A DNA stretch of 64,000 nucleotides from an uncultured Chloroflexia bacterium (GCA_963765765.1 CAVXYC010000029.1:96001-160000), one strand, 5' to 3'. Shown: positions 9,708 to 21,048, counted from the first letter of the stretch. Notes: a model not told the origin generated them from the sequence alone. Numbers and translations: made by a program.

Positions 9708-12700
9708 ATGCCAGGTAAGCCGTCATCGGTACTCGTTATCGGAAGCGGTCCGATCATCATCGGACAGGCTGCCGAATTCGACTACGCGGGTACGCAGGCC
9801 TGCCGCGCTCTTCGTGAAGAGGGCATTCGAACCATTCTGGTCAACTCGAATCCCGCCACCATCATGACCGACCCTGGGGTCGCGGACGCGGTCTACCTCG
9901 AGCCACTCACGCTAGGTGTCGTATCCGAGATTCTTCGTCGCGAGCGTCCTGAAGGGCTGCTCGGAACGCTGGGCGGCCAGACAGGTCTAAACCTGACAGT
10001 GGCGCTTTCCAAAACGGGAATCCTGGAAGAGCTTGGCGTTCGACCACTTGGCACGCCGGTCTCATCGATCATCGCTGCCGAGGACCGCGAAGAGTTCAAA
10101 CAGCTCCTCATCGAAATAGGAGAGCCCGTCCCTCCAAGTGTTGCCGCGACGACTGTCCAGCAGGCGATGGATTTTGCTGCGGAGATCGGATACCCCGTTG
10201 TCGTCAGGCCCGCCTTCACGCTGGGCGGCACAGGGGGTGGCTTCGCGGATACGCCTGAGGAGCTTGAGCGTCTCGCCGAGTACGGCCTGCAACTCTCCCC
10301 GGTTGGCCAGGTGCTTGTGGAACGCTCGTTGATGGGCTGGAAAGAGCTCGAGTACGAGGTCATGCGGGATGCAGATGACACGTGCGTCGTCATCTGCAAT
10401 ATGGAGAACATCGACCCGATGGGCGTCCACACGGGCGACTCCATCGTAGTTGCCCCCAGTCAGACCCTCTCCGATCGCGAATATCAGATGCTGCGGGCAG
10501 CAGCCCTGCGGATCATCCGCGCGCTCAAGATCGAGGGTGGTTGCAACTGCCAGTTCGCGCTCGACCCGCACTCGGAGCAGTACTACGTAATCGAGGTCAA
10601 TCCGCGCGTTTCGCGATCGTCGGCCCTTGCCTCAAAGGCGACAGGCTATCCAATCGCGCGGGTCGCGACCAAGATCGCAATTGGTGGCAAGCTGGCCGAG
10701 ATCCGAAACACCGTGACGGGCAAGACGACGGCCGCGTTCGAACCGTCGATCGACTATCTGGTGGTAAAGATCCCGCGTTGGCCCTTTGACAAGTTCCGAG
10801 ATGGTGATCGCGTGTTAGGGACACAGATGAAAGCCACCGGCGAGGTTATGGCCATCGATCGCTGCTTCGAGGCGGCACTTCAAAAAGCGGTGCGCTCGCT
10901 GGACGTGGGCGACAAGCCACTGAGCTGGGAAGATCCCGCCTGGCACTCAGCAGAACGGATTCCACCTACCGCCCTGGTGAAACAGGCGACCGACCAGCGG
11001 ATATGGGCGCTTATGGCGGCTCTTCGGCGCGGCCAATCGGTTGACGAGGTGGCGGCCATATCGCTTGTCGATCGCTTCTTCCTGGTCAAGCTCTCCAACA
11101 TTGTGGCTATGGAGCGCCGGCTTCTCGCGGAGCGCTTGACGCCCGACTTGCTATGGGATGCGAAACGGCTGGGCTTCTCAGATGCGCAGATTGCTGAGCT
11201 CGCTGACTCGCTAGAGGACCGGGTGCGCGAGTTACGCAAGGCTCACGGAATCATCCCGGCCTACAAGATGGTGGATACCTGCGCTGCCGAATTCGATGCT
11301 GAAACGCCGTACTTCTACAGCACCTACGAGGACGAGAACGAAGCGGAGCCGATGGGAACGAGAAGCTCGGTAGTGCTCGGCGCAGGGCCTATCCGAATTG
11401 GGCAGGGCATCGAATTCGACTACTGCAGCGTTCGCGGTTCGAGCGCGCTACGTGATGCAAATGTTCCCAGCATTCTTATAAATAACAACCCGGAGACGGT
11501 GAGTACTGATTTTGACGCATCTTCACGTCTCTATTTCGAGCCACTCGATGCTGAATCCGTGCTTGACATTCTAGAGAATGAGTCCAGTGAGGACGGCGGC
11601 TTACCCAGCGTGGCGGCCCAGTTTGGCGGGCAGACCGCGATTAACCTGGCTGAGCCGCTCGAGAAAGCCGGAGTGCATCTTCTTGGAGGCGGGCGCGGAC
11701 CCATCGACGTCGCAGAGGATCGCCGGCAATTTGAGCTGTTGGCAGCCGAGCTCGGCGTCCCGCAGCCGCCAGGCGCTGCGGTGACTACTACTGAAGATGC
11801 GCTCCACGTGGCATCCACGATCGGCTACCCGGTCATCGTCCGCCCATCGTACGTCCTGGGCGGTAGGGCGATGGAAATCGTCTACAACGAGGAAGAGTTG
11901 CTCGGCTACCTCCGCCAAGCCGGAGAAATGTCGTTCCGTCGCCCGGTACTGGTGGACAAATATCTCGAGGGCCGCGAGGTCGAAGTTGACGCGATCTCCG
12001 ACGGTACAAACGTCCTCATCCCGGGCATCATGGAGCACATCGAGCGTGCCGGGGTTCATTCGGGCGACAGTATGGCGGTTTACCCCACGCAACGCCTTAC
12101 GGAGGAGGAGCTCGAGCGAATCGCCGATTTCACTGAGCGCCTGGCAATGGGCTTGCAGATTCGCGGGCTTTTCAATATTCAGTTCGTAGTCTTCCAGGGC
12201 CAGGTCCTGGTGCTCGAGGTCAACCCGCGCTCAAGCCGCACCGTTCCGTTCCTTTCAAAAATCACTGACATACCAATGGTGGATATCGCGGTCCGCGCGA
12301 TGCTCGGCGACTCAATCATCGAGCAGGGATACAAGCCGGGCTTGGCACGCATCAAGCCGCTTGTGGCGGTCAAAGCGCCCGTATTCTCGACATCCAAGCT
12401 TCGCGGCGTGGACAGCTATCTTGGGCCCGAAATGCGGTCGACTGGCGAGGTCATTGGCCTCGGGCGGGATGAGGAGACCGCGCTGATCAAGGCCCTCACC
12501 GCTGCATCGCTCCTGCCGAAGCCCGAAGGCGGTCTCTTCATCTCAGTGGCAGACCGTGACAAGGACGAGCTCATCCCCCTCGCCCGACAAGCCGCAGCCC
12601 TCGGGTACACGCTCTACGCGACGCAGGGAACAAAGGCCGCATTGGAGCGAGGTGGAATCGTCTCACACCTGGTGCATCGACGTCTCGACGAAGGGCATCC

Positions 12701-12959
12701 GAACTCCGTGGATTTAATCGAACGGGGGCAGGTCGTCGGCGTCGTGAATACTGTCTCCGCCGGTCGTGGTCCTCTCAGGGACGGATTTGAGATTCGCCGA
12801 GCGGCGGTCGAACGCGGCGTACCGTGCTTTACCTCATTAGATACATTTCGGGCCGTAATGCACGCGCTGTCGAGTCCCGGGGCATCACTTGCACCTTTCC
12901 CCCTGGACACGTATTTGAAGGAGCCTGTCGAGAGCGAGCCGGTGGGGGCGCAAGCGTGA
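9708..12959 (+). CDS. carB: Carbamoyl-phosphate synthase large subunit
   Basis: GSGPIIIGQAAEFDYAG, duplicated ATP-grasp domains, C-terminal MGS-like domain. Confidence 0.98.
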   Translation: MPGKPSSVLVIGSGPIIIGQAAEFDYAGTQACRALREEGIRTILVNSNPATIMTDPGVADAVYLEPLTLGVVSEILRRERPEGLLGTLGGQTGLNLTVALSKTGILEELGVRPLGTPVSSIIAAEDREEFKQLLIEIGEPVPPSVAATTVQQAMDFAAEIGYPVVVRPAFTLGGTGGGFADTPEELERLAEYGLQLSPVGQVLVERSLMGWKELEYEVMRDADDTCVVICNMENIDPMGVHTGDSIVVAPSQTLSDREYQMLRAAALRIIRALKIEGGCNCQFALDPHSEQYYVIEVNPRVSRSSALASKATGYPIARVATKIAIGGKLAEIRNTVTGKTTAAFEPSIDYLVVKIPRWPFDKFRDGDRVLGTQMKATGEVMAIDRCFEAALQKAVRSLDVGDKPLSWEDPAWHSAERIPPTALVKQATDQRIWALMAALRRGQSVDEVAAISLVDRFFLVKLSNIVAMERRLLAERLTPDLLWDAKRLGFSDAQIAELADSLEDRVRELRKAHGIIPAYKMVDTCAAEFDAETPYFYSTYEDENEAEPMGTRSSVVLGAGPIRIGQGIEFDYCSVRGSSALRDANVPSILINNNPETVSTDFDASSRLYFEPLDAESVLDILENESSEDGGLPSVAAQFGGQTAINLAEPLEKAGVHLLGGGRGPIDVAEDRRQFELLAAELGVPQPPGAAVTTTEDALHVASTIGYPVIVRPSYVLGGRAMEIVYNEEELLGYLRQAGEMSFRRPVLVDKYLEGREVEVDAISDGTNVLIPGIMEHIERAGVHSGDSMAVYPTQRLTEEELERIADFTERLAMGLQIRGLFNIQFVVFQGQVLVLEVNPRSSRTVPFLSKITDIPMVDIAVRAMLGDSIIEQGYKPGLARIKPLVAVKAPVFSTSKLRGVDSYLGPEMRSTGEVIGLGRDEETALIKALTAASLLPKPEGGLFISVADRDKDELIPLARQAAALGYTLYATQGTKAALERGGIVSHLVHRRLDEGHPNSVDLIERGQVVGVVNTVSAGRGPLRDGFEIRRAAVERGVPCFTSLDTFRAVMHALSSPGASLAPFPLDTYLKEPVESEPVGAQA

Positions 12960-13729
12960 ACATTGTCCCCGCGCTTGTCCGTTCGTCAGAAGAGGTCATG
13001 CCGCGCACGTTCATTCTGCGCCTGGTGGCCGACGATCTAGCCAGCGCCAGACCCGGCCAATTCGTCCACGTTCGCACGACGTCGTCCTATGACCCGCTTC
13101 TACGACGGCCCATGAGTATCTACCTCATTCATGAGGACGGTGTTTCGATTCTGGTTCGCGATGTAGGTCGAGGCAGCGGATTGATTTCCGCCACGCGGCC
13201 CGGCGAGACGATTGACGTAATCGGGCCGCTTGGAAAGCCATTTGAGCTGCGCTCCGAAGAGAAGAATCTCCTCATGATTGGTGGCGGCTATGGTGTGGCG
13301 CCATTGCTCGGTCTAGCTCGGGATGCTCTCGACATGGGCTCACAGGTAACACTTCTCGTTGGGGCGGCGACAGCACCGTTCGTGTTTCCTGGTGATCGAG
13401 TTCCCGAGTCTATCCGCTACCGACCCGCTACTGTGGACGGCACCCTCGGTCATCAGGGATTCATTACCGAGCTCATTGCTGAGCATCTCGATCAGGTAGA
13501 CTGCGTCTACGCTTGCGGCCCTACAGGCATGCTGGAGGCAGTTCACACAGCATGTTCCACTCGCCCCGAGACACGCGTGGAGGTTTCTCTGGAGCAGCAA
13601 ATGGGTTGTGCCATGGGTGTATGTCTCGGATGTGTTATTCCAACCAGTCGTGGCTATCAGCGCGTCTGCCGCGATGGGCCAGTCTTCGATTCGTCAACGG
13701 TGCACTGGGGGACCTGGAATGACCTCTAG
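12956..13729 (+). CDS. pyrK: Dihydroorotate dehydrogenase B electron-transfer subunit
   Basis: LLRRPMSI, GGGYGVAP, ACGP and 2Fe-2S motif MGCAMGVCLGC...RVCRDGPVF. GTG 12956 overlaps the carB stop. Confidence 0.95.
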   Translation: MNIVPALVRSSEEVMPRTFILRLVADDLASARPGQFVHVRTTSSYDPLLRRPMSIYLIHEDGVSILVRDVGRGSGLISATRPGETIDVIGPLGKPFELRSEEKNLLMIGGGYGVAPLLGLARDALDMGSQVTLLVGAATAPFVFPGDRVPESIRYRPATVDGTLGHQGFITELIAEHLDQVDCVYACGPTGMLEAVHTACSTRPETRVEVSLEQQMGCAMGVCLGCVIPTSRGYQRVCRDGPVFDSSTVHWGTWNDL

Positions 13730-14672
13730 GCTTGATGTCAACCTGGCTCCTAACCATCCTCGTGGCTTGCATCTGCGGAATCCGGTCCTCGTCGCCTCAG
13801 GGACGTTCGGCTACGGCACCGAGTATCGCGATCTCGTCGATGTCGACCGAATAGGCGCGTTGTGCTCCAAAGGCGTTACCGTGAAGCCGCGCGCAGGAAA
13901 CCCAACCCCGCGCATTGCCGAAACACCGGCCGGGATGCTGAACGCCATTGGTCTTCAAAACATTGGCGTCGATCGGGTTGTCTCTGAAATGGCGCCCATC
14001 TGGGCGACCTGGACAGTTCCGGTCATCGTCAACGTTTCGGGTGAGTCGCTCGATGAGTTTGAGCATCTCGCGGCCACGCTGGACGGCGTGCCGGGGGTGG
14101 CAGGTCTTGAGCTGAACATCTCCTGTCCGAACATCACTCGCGGCGGTAGGCTCTTCGCCGATGACGCCGAGTCAGCCGCGGCGGCGACGCGGGCAGTGCG
14201 GCGCAACACATCATTGCCGATGATGGTGAAACTCTCTCCGAACGTGAACGACATAGTCACGATCGCCCGAGCAGTAGAAGCCGAAGGGACCGATGCGATC
14301 TCCCTGATCAATACGCTCGTGGCGATGCAGATCGACCTGGAGCGTCGTCGGCCACGCATTGCGAACATCACCGCCGGACTGTCGGGGCCGGCGGTCCGGC
14401 CCGTTGCCGTGCGGATGGTCTATCAGATCGCCCAGGCTGTCAGGGTCCCAATCGTTGGCATAGGTGGGATCTCAGAAACCGATCATGCACTGGAATTTAT
14501 GATGGCAGGGGCGACCGCGATCCAGGTCGGCACGGCTAACTTCGTCAATCCTCGCGCATCCACCGAGATCATCGATGGACTCGACTCGTACGCATCAAGT
14601 CACGAACTGGAACATATACGTGACGTCGTCGGAGCGGCGTTACCGAGCCGCGAAACCGCACGTGCTCGTTGA
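13719..14672 (+). CDS. pyrD: Dihydroorotate dehydrogenase class 1B catalytic subunit
   Basis: ASGTFGYG, NAIGLQN, ELNISCPN, GLSGPAVRP. Confidence 0.97.
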   Translation: MTSRLDVNLAPNHPRGLHLRNPVLVASGTFGYGTEYRDLVDVDRIGALCSKGVTVKPRAGNPTPRIAETPAGMLNAIGLQNIGVDRVVSEMAPIWATWTVPVIVNVSGESLDEFEHLAATLDGVPGVAGLELNISCPNITRGGRLFADDAESAAAATRAVRRNTSLPMMVKLSPNVNDIVTIARAVEAEGTDAISLINTLVAMQIDLERRRPRIANITAGLSGPAVRPVAVRMVYQIAQAVRVPIVGIGGISETDHALEFMMAGATAIQVGTANFVNPRASTEIIDGLDSYASSHELEHIRDVVGAALPSRETARAR

Positions 14673-14777
14673 CAATAAGGCGCGGCTCCAAGGGCCGCTG
14701 CGGCAAATGATGCAACGAAGTACAGTTGAAACCAGTGCGTTGAACCGACCCGATACGTGTGGTATCGTCCTGCCCCG

Positions 14778-15746
14778 ATGTCACTGATCTACCGATTCCT
14801 GGCTGGCGCGCTGGCAGCGTCCGCATTCCTTATTGCGGCTCTGCTTGGTGGTTGGACGCCCGTTCGCGATCGTTCTGTCGAGCCGCAGATTGGGCGGATA
14901 GCGCCGGCGGGACGCATTCTCTACGTGCGTGACGGCAACATCTGGCTCTGGGATGCGGGAGGAACTCGTCAGCTTACGACTGGAGAGACATGGCGACAGC
15001 CCGCGTTCTCCCCTGACGGCAACTCGATTGCCTACGTTTATAGAGGCCAAAACTTCTCAGACATTTTTGTCATGAAGGACGACGGTTCAGAGAATCGTAG
15101 GCTGACCCGAGGACAAGCCCGCCTTCTCGATGACAATGATTGGGTGTTCCGCCCTACCTGGACGCCTGATGGAACACAGATCGCCTTCATGGCCGATACC
15201 GGAAGTCCTTTCCTACTTCCCTGGACGATGAACACCGAGGGCGAAGCCCGTCGACAGCTCCAGCTCGGAGGCGCATTCGAAATGGTGGATAGTGTGGCCT
15301 GGGCTCCGGATGGAAAGCGACTGGCAATCAGCGGCTTCGTTCGAAGTCCATCGGGTCAGCCACTGCCGGGGCAGGTCTACGTATGGGAAGCGGGTAAGTC
15401 GGCGCAGCCGTTTACTGAGAATCAGAACGGCGCATACGATCCAGCATGGTCTCCCAATGGAGAATGGTTGGCATTCGCCGCGCGAAATGGCCCGCGATCG
15501 AACGTCTACGCACGTCGCGTCGAGGATGGCGAGGAAGTGCAGCTCTCCAAGCTGGAGCTGTCCCGTAGTCCAGCGTGGTCGCCTGATGGAAAATCCATCG
15601 CGTTCCTCTCGGGTCAAAATGGAAGCTTTGACGTCATGGTGGTCGATGTCTCCATAGATGACAGACACCTGACTGTGAGCAATGAGCGCACTCTGATCGC
15701 CGAAGCCTCAGCCGACGCCATCTCAGGATTGTCGTGGGCACCATGA
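14778..15746 (+). CDS. TolB-like beta-propeller (PD40 repeats) with N-terminal membrane anchor
   Basis: Repeated P.(F/W)SPDG..IA motifs, a hydrophobic N-terminus, and promoter TTGAAC-N17-TATCGT (14740-14768). Confidence 0.85.
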   Translation: MSLIYRFLAGALAASAFLIAALLGGWTPVRDRSVEPQIGRIAPAGRILYVRDGNIWLWDAGGTRQLTTGETWRQPAFSPDGNSIAYVYRGQNFSDIFVMKDDGSENRRLTRGQARLLDDNDWVFRPTWTPDGTQIAFMADTGSPFLLPWTMNTEGEARRQLQLGGAFEMVDSVAWAPDGKRLAISGFVRSPSGQPLPGQVYVWEAGKSAQPFTENQNGAYDPAWSPNGEWLAFAARNGPRSNVYARRVEDGEEVQLSKLELSRSPAWSPDGKSIAFLSGQNGSFDVMVVDVSIDDRHLTVSNERTLIAEASADAISGLSWAP

Positions 15747-15773
15747 GTCCCATAAGGGACCTGGAGTGTAGCC

Positions 15774-16130
15774 TTGGCAGATAGGGAGTCAGGGCGCCGG
15801 CGTGGTGGCTGGGCCAGTTTGGCCATGCTCCTGATAATCCCGATGTTGATTTACGCCGCCGTGTCGATCAGCGGCCGTTGGTTGCAGACGAGGACCCTCG
15901 TGGCTGAGGCGAGGACGGTTCAGGATGATGTCAGCAAGTCTCGGTTGGAGAACCAGCGCTTGCAGACTGCGATCGCCGTGGCTCGCACTGACCAGGCGAT
16001 CGAGTCACTCGCTCGCGAGGAGCTCGGTTTAATCAAGCCGGGCGATACGCCTGTGATCCTACTTGCGCCCACGGTGACCGCGACCGTTGCGCAGGTCGGC
16101 CGAGCAATGACGCCAACGCCACGTCCCTGA
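15774..16130 (+). CDS. Septum formation initiator (DivIC/FtsB family)
   Basis: One TM helix, a coiled coil, and the IESLAREELGLIKPGD motif. Confidence 0.85.
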   Translation: MADRESGRRRGGWASLAMLLIIPMLIYAAVSISGRWLQTRTLVAEARTVQDDVSKSRLENQRLQTAIAVARTDQAIESLAREELGLIKPGDTPVILLAPTVTATVAQVGRAMTPTPRP

Positions 16131-16180
16131 GTTCGGTGGGACTCCAGACCGGCACCGAAAATGACCGGATTGGAGAGGCG

Positions 16181-17230
16181 ATGGCGGATGCTTTCCGTTC
16201 TCGACTTCTTCCGAATAGGGGAAGCGTTCTGGTGGCAGTTTCTGGGGGTCAGGATTCTCTGGCACTTCTGCATGCCGCGCTCGCCTCCGCTCCGAAAGAC
16301 GTTGACGTATGCGCTGCTCATGTGGATCACGGTCTGAGGCCGTCTTCCGCATCCGATGCGGCGCATGTTGCGCGCACTGCCCGAAATCTTGGGGCTCGGA
16401 TCGTGCAACGCAGATACAACGTAGAACGGTGGTTGGCAGGAACCCATGCCAATATTGAAGGGGCAGCCCGCTCCGTTCGTTATCGGCTTCTGCATGAAAT
16501 TTCTCAGACGCTTGGTGGTGGTCCGGTGATTACCGGCCACACAGGCGACGACCAGGTGGAGACTGTGCTGCTCCATCTGCTTCGGGGAGCGGGGGCAGAA
16601 GGGTTGGTGGGACTTCAACCGCGACAAAACTTTCCGGTGACCGCGTTTGGCCCCACACCACCAAGACTTGGCCGGATCAAGGGAGAGCTAACGCTTATCC
16701 GCCCATTGCTCGACGTGGAGCGCTGGGAAACGGCGGCGTACTGCGAACGGCATGGTCTACAGTGGATCTTGGATGAATCGAACGCGGACGTAGCATTGAC
16801 GCGGAACCGTATTCGACATCATCTCGTCCCCTTGCTCGAGACCTACAATCCTTCTGTTCGACTGGCGATCCGTAGGCTCGCTTCGCTCGTTCGCGACGAC
16901 ATTGGGCTCATCGAAACAGTGGTCGAGCAAGAATGGCAGACCCAGGCCAGAGTTAACGCCTCTTCGGTGAGCATCGATCTGGAGACATTTCTTGCCTACC
17001 AGCGAGCGGTCGCGAGTCGACTGCTACGACGTTCAGCAAGCTACCTGGAATCGCAGGTGACTCTCTCATTCGAACAGGTCAACCGCTGCATGAGTCTGGC
17101 GTTTTCTGGCTCCGGCACAACGCGGTTGCCCGGGGGTCTCCAATGGCGCGTCTCAAATTCTACCGTGGACATTATTCGACTCTCAGACACTGTTACGGAC
17201 AAGGACGCTGAGAGGACAAACGGGAGATGA
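16181..17230 (+). CDS. tilS: tRNA(Ile)-lysidine synthetase
   Basis: VAVSGGQDS PP-loop, HVDHGLR, GHTGDDQVET, RNRIRH; tilS-hpt-ftsH synteny. Confidence 0.95.
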   Translation: MADAFRSRLLPNRGSVLVAVSGGQDSLALLHAALASAPKDVDVCAAHVDHGLRPSSASDAAHVARTARNLGARIVQRRYNVERWLAGTHANIEGAARSVRYRLLHEISQTLGGGPVITGHTGDDQVETVLLHLLRGAGAEGLVGLQPRQNFPVTAFGPTPPRLGRIKGELTLIRPLLDVERWETAAYCERHGLQWILDESNADVALTRNRIRHHLVPLLETYNPSVRLAIRRLASLVRDDIGLIETVVEQEWQTQARVNASSVSIDLETFLAYQRAVASRLLRRSASYLESQVTLSFEQVNRCMSLAFSGSGTTRLPGGLQWRVSNSTVDIIRLSDTVTDKDAERTNGR

Positions 17231-17793
17231 GCTCGGTCAATGCCGGCTCCTGGGCACCGGAGGACGATATGGAATCGGTCCTCCTGGCTAAAGATGAGAT
17301 CCAGAAGCGCGTGCGAGAGCTAGGCGAAGCGATTACGCGCGACTATCAGAGACGGCCACTCGTTCTTGTATGTGTGCTGAAGGGCGCGGCGCCGTTCTTT
17401 GTCGATCTCATTCGCGTCATCGACTTGCCAATCCATACAGACTTCATCGCAATTTCGAGCTATGGCTCCAGCACGAAAAGCAGCGGCGTGGTTCGCTTCC
17501 TCAAAGATCTTGATTCGCCGATTGAAGGGAAGGATGTGCTCATCGTCGAGGACATCGTGGACACTGGGCTGACTCTGCGGTACATTCTTCACAATCTCGC
17601 AACCCGGCAACCTGCGAGCGTCAAGGTTTGCGCATTACTGTTGAAGGACCGCGAGCGAGCACAGGACATCACCGTGGACTACGTCGGCTTCCACATTCCA
17701 GACAAGTTCGTGGTGGGATACGGACTAGATTATGCCGAGCGTTACCGAAATTTGAGCTATATCGGCATTCTCAAACCGTCAGTGTATCAGTAG
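17227..17793 (+). CDS. hpt: Hypoxanthine phosphoribosyltransferase
   Basis: VLKGA, SSYG, VEDIVDTGLT, FVVGYGLDY. Confidence 0.97.
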   Translation: MSSVNAGSWAPEDDMESVLLAKDEIQKRVRELGEAITRDYQRRPLVLVCVLKGAAPFFVDLIRVIDLPIHTDFIAISSYGSSTKSSGVVRFLKDLDSPIEGKDVLIVEDIVDTGLTLRYILHNLATRQPASVKVCALLLKDRERAQDITVDYVGFHIPDKFVVGYGLDYAERYRNLSYIGILKPSVYQ

Positions 17794-17941
17794 GCTCAAG
17801 AGAGACACGCGACCCCTTGTCGCGTCACGTAATCACATAAGTAAGCGAATTGCCGTTTGCTATAATGAGCAGAAGGCGGCCCAGCCCGGACTTGGCATGT
17901 GTTTTGACGAGTATTCCGGGGGGCTCGGAGGGGCCTAACGA

Positions 17942-19888
17942 ATGGATACTAAGTGGCTGCGCAACAGTTTCGTCTACCTTATTATCCTGGTGGCGATCAT
18001 TGCGCTCTTCTTCACCGTCTTCCAGCCCACAGGGGAACGTGATAGCCAGATAAGTTTGAATGAACTGGCAGCAGCGGTGAAGCGTGGTGAGGTCCGACGG
18101 ATCGATGTCAGTGAAGACAAGCTGACAATTGAGATTCCGGGCCGTCAAGGAAAGTTCACCGCTCGCAAGGAGCGGCAGGATACCGTTCCGCAGGTGCTGG
18201 CCAGTTACGGGGTAACACCGGAAGAACTTACGCGAGTCGAGTATCGGGTTGCCGATCCACCGCAGTTCAGCAATTGGCTCGGGCTCCTCGTCAATTTACT
18301 GCCTCTGATTTTCTTCGGAGCGATACTGCTGTTCATGATGCGGCAGGCTCAGGGAAGCAATAACCAGGCGCTTTCGTTCGGGAAGAGCCGCGCTCGGATG
18401 TTTATGGGCAACAAGCCCACCGTAACGTTTGCCGATGTCGCCGGCGTGGAGGAAGCGAAACAAGAGCTCCAGGAAGTTGTGGAGTTCCTCAAGTATCCCG
18501 AAAAGTTTTCCGCTCTGGGCGCTCGCATTCCCAAAGGCGTGCTGCTCGTTGGACCGCCTGGTACAGGCAAGACGCTTCTCTCACGCGCCGTTGCTGGCGA
18601 GGCAGGTGTGCCGTTCTTCAGCATCTCAGGGTCTGAGTTTGTCGAGATGTTCGTTGGCGTCGGCGCGTCCCGAGTCCGTGACCTTTTTGATCAAGCCAAA
18701 CGTAACTCGCCGTGTATCGTCTTCGTGGACGAGATCGACGCCGTCGGTCGACAGCGCGGCGCTGGCCTGGGCGGAAGCCACGATGAGCGCGAGCAGACCC
18801 TGAACCAGATCCTCGTCGAGATGGACGGGTTTGATACTAATACAAACGTGATCGTCATAGCTGCTACGAACCGCCCCGATGTTCTTGATCCGGCGCTACT
18901 ACGGCCAGGGCGGTTCGACCGTCAGGTCGTGCTTCCCCAACCAGACATTGGAGGCCGGCGTGCGATCCTCGATGTCCATGCGAAGGGCAAGCCGCTAGAC
19001 AAGACGGTACAGCTGGACGTGCTCGCCAAGCAGACTCCAGGCTTCTCGGGAGCCGATCTCGCGAACCTGATCAATGAAGCAGCCATTCTCGCAGCTCGAC
19101 GTAACAAGAAGACCGTCAGCATGCCCGAGATGGAAGAGGCGATTGACCGGGTCATCGCGGGACCTGAGCGGCGTAGCCGCATCATCAGCGAGAAGGAAAA
19201 GTGGGTCACAGCCTTCCATGAGGGCGGGCACGCCGTGGTCGGTCGGTTCCTTGACCACCATGATCCTGTCCACAAGATCTCCATCATCGCCCGTGGCATG
19301 ATGGGTGGTTACACCCGATATCTCCCGACCGAAGATCGATATCTCTGGACACGGTCGCAGTTCGAAGATCGATTGGCCGCGACGCTCGGCGGTCACGCCG
19401 CGGAGCGTGTCGTCTTCGGGGAGATGAGCACTGGCGCCGAGAATGACATCGAGGTTGCCACCAACATCGCGCGTAAGATGGTTAAGGAATACGGCATGAG
19501 CGAGCGCCTCGGCCCCGTGGCGCTCGGACACAAGGAAGAGCTTGTGTTCCTCGGTCGCGAAATTGGCGAGCAGAAGAACTACAGCGAAAAAGTGGCCGAA
19601 GCCATCGATGAAGAGATTCGGCGACTCATCGACGCAGGCTACGCCCAGGCGGTACAGATTCTTACGGAGCGCCGTGAGGTTCTCAATACGCTGGCGGAAG
19701 AGCTTGTAAAGCACGAGACTCTGGAGGGTGACATGCTCGAGCAGATCTTCCTCGGTCTCCCACCCCTTGATCCGCCGACTCCGACTCCTACGACGCCCAA
19801 CAGCGACTCCGATGAGCCGCAAGCCGTTCCACGGCCAGGTCCACAACCGACGCCGCGACTCTTGCCCGGCACGGCGGCTGGATCGTAG
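17942..19888 (+). CDS. ftsH: ATP-dependent zinc metalloprotease FtsH
   Basis: Two TM helices, GPPGTGKT, second-region-of-homology [14 protein letters not shown] zinc motif. Confidence 0.98.
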   Translation: MDTKWLRNSFVYLIILVAIIALFFTVFQPTGERDSQISLNELAAAVKRGEVRRIDVSEDKLTIEIPGRQGKFTARKERQDTVPQVLASYGVTPEELTRVEYRVADPPQFSNWLGLLVNLLPLIFFGAILLFMMRQAQGSNNQALSFGKSRARMFMGNKPTVTFADVAGVEEAKQELQEVVEFLKYPEKFSALGARIPKGVLLVGPPGTGKTLLSRAVAGEAGVPFFSISGSEFVEMFVGVGASRVRDLFDQAKRNSPCIVFVDEIDAVGRQRGAGLGGSHDEREQTLNQILVEMDGFDTNTNVIVIAATNRPDVLDPALLRPGRFDRQVVLPQPDIGGRRAILDVHAKGKPLDKTVQLDVLAKQTPGFSGADLANLINEAAILAARRNKKTVSMPEMEEAIDRVIAGPERRSRIISEKEKWVTAFHEGGHAVVGRFLDHHDPVHKISIIARGMMGGYTRYLPTEDRYLWTRSQFEDRLAATLGGHAAERVVFGEMSTGAENDIEVATNIARKMVKEYGMSERLGPVALGHKEELVFLGREIGEQKNYSEKVAEAIDEEIRRLIDAGYAQAVQILTERREVLNTLAEELVKHETLEGDMLEQIFLGLPPLDPPTPTPTTPNSDSDEPQAVPRPGPQPTPRLLPGTAAGS

Positions 19889-19894
19889 GAAACG

Positions 19895-20989
19895 ATGACA
19901 CGGCAGCTAGGGCCCAACGACCCCGTCACCGCGGGGTCGTTGCACGTTCAGAGACGTGTTGGCCTGAGCTACAGCCCTTCATTTCTCCAGCACGATACGG
20001 GGCCCATGCACCCGGAATCGATCCAGCGGTTGGAGGCCATCACGCGTGAGCTGAGCAATCGTGGCTTCACCGATCGATTGGTGACCTGGGAGCCCAGCCC
20101 CGCCGACAGTGCGACCATCGGTCTTGTGCATCCCCTCGAGCATCAGCGACGCGTTCAGCAGGCTTGTGCGATGGGTCCGGCTAGCCTCGACGCCGATACC
20201 GCCGTCTCAACCGGCTCCTGGGAGGCGGCCACACGGGCCGTGGGCGGAGTAGTGGAGGCGCTCGGGCGGGTCATCAACGGAGAGCTTGATCGGGCCTTCT
20301 GCCTGGGACGACCACCCGGTCATCACGCCCTGGCCGATCGGTCAATGGGCTTTTGCCTTTTCAACAACGTCGCTGTTGGTGCGCGATCAGCGATTCATAA
20401 GTCGCTTGCCGAACGTGTGGCGATTGTGGACATCGATGTTCATCACGGGAACGGTACACAGGCCATCTTCTACGACGATCCCAGCGTCCTGTACTGCTCC
20501 ACACACCAGTATCCGTACTATCCCGGCACGGGCGCACTGAACCAATCGGGCATCGGCCTGGGGGAAGGTGCCACGGTCAATCTGCCATTTCCGCCTGGCG
20601 TTGGAGACGACACCTACAGACGTGCGATGGATCAGGTCATCCGTCCGGCCCTTCAGCGATTTCAACCAGAAGCACTTGTGATCTCGCTTGGCTTCGACGC
20701 CCATTGGCGCGACCCCCTGGCAGGAATCCAGCTCAGTCTCGACGGGTACCGTCAGCTGCTGGCGGCACTGACCGAAATGGCCGATTCAGAATGTCAGGGA
20801 CGCATCGTGTTCGTACTGGAAGGAGGCTACGACCTAGACGTTCTTTCAAAGGGTTCGGCCATGCTAACGGCGATGTTGTTGGGCGATCCTGCGGTCGATG
20901 ACGAGCTCGGCTCGGCACCGTCCACTCACGAGGATCCTTTAGGGAAGGAGCTAGTTTCGGCCGCCGCAAGGCTGCATGATCTCGTCTGA
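19895..20989 (+). CDS. Histone deacetylase-family (Zn-dependent) deacetylase
   Basis: HPES..RL, RPPGHHA, GFCLFNN, DIDVHHGNGTQ, LEGGY. Confidence 0.95.
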   Translation: MTRQLGPNDPVTAGSLHVQRRVGLSYSPSFLQHDTGPMHPESIQRLEAITRELSNRGFTDRLVTWEPSPADSATIGLVHPLEHQRRVQQACAMGPASLDADTAVSTGSWEAATRAVGGVVEALGRVINGELDRAFCLGRPPGHHALADRSMGFCLFNNVAVGARSAIHKSLAERVAIVDIDVHHGNGTQAIFYDDPSVLYCSTHQYPYYPGTGALNQSGIGLGEGATVNLPFPPGVGDDTYRRAMDQVIRPALQRFQPEALVISLGFDAHWRDPLAGIQLSLDGYRQLLAALTEMADSECQGRIVFVLEGGYDLDVLSKGSAMLTAMLLGDPAVDDELGSAPSTHEDPLGKELVSAAARLHDLV

Positions 20990-21048
20990 TCTCAGCATCC
21001 AGGCATCTGATATATTCGCCACATTCCACGTGATCCTTCGGAGAAGCC

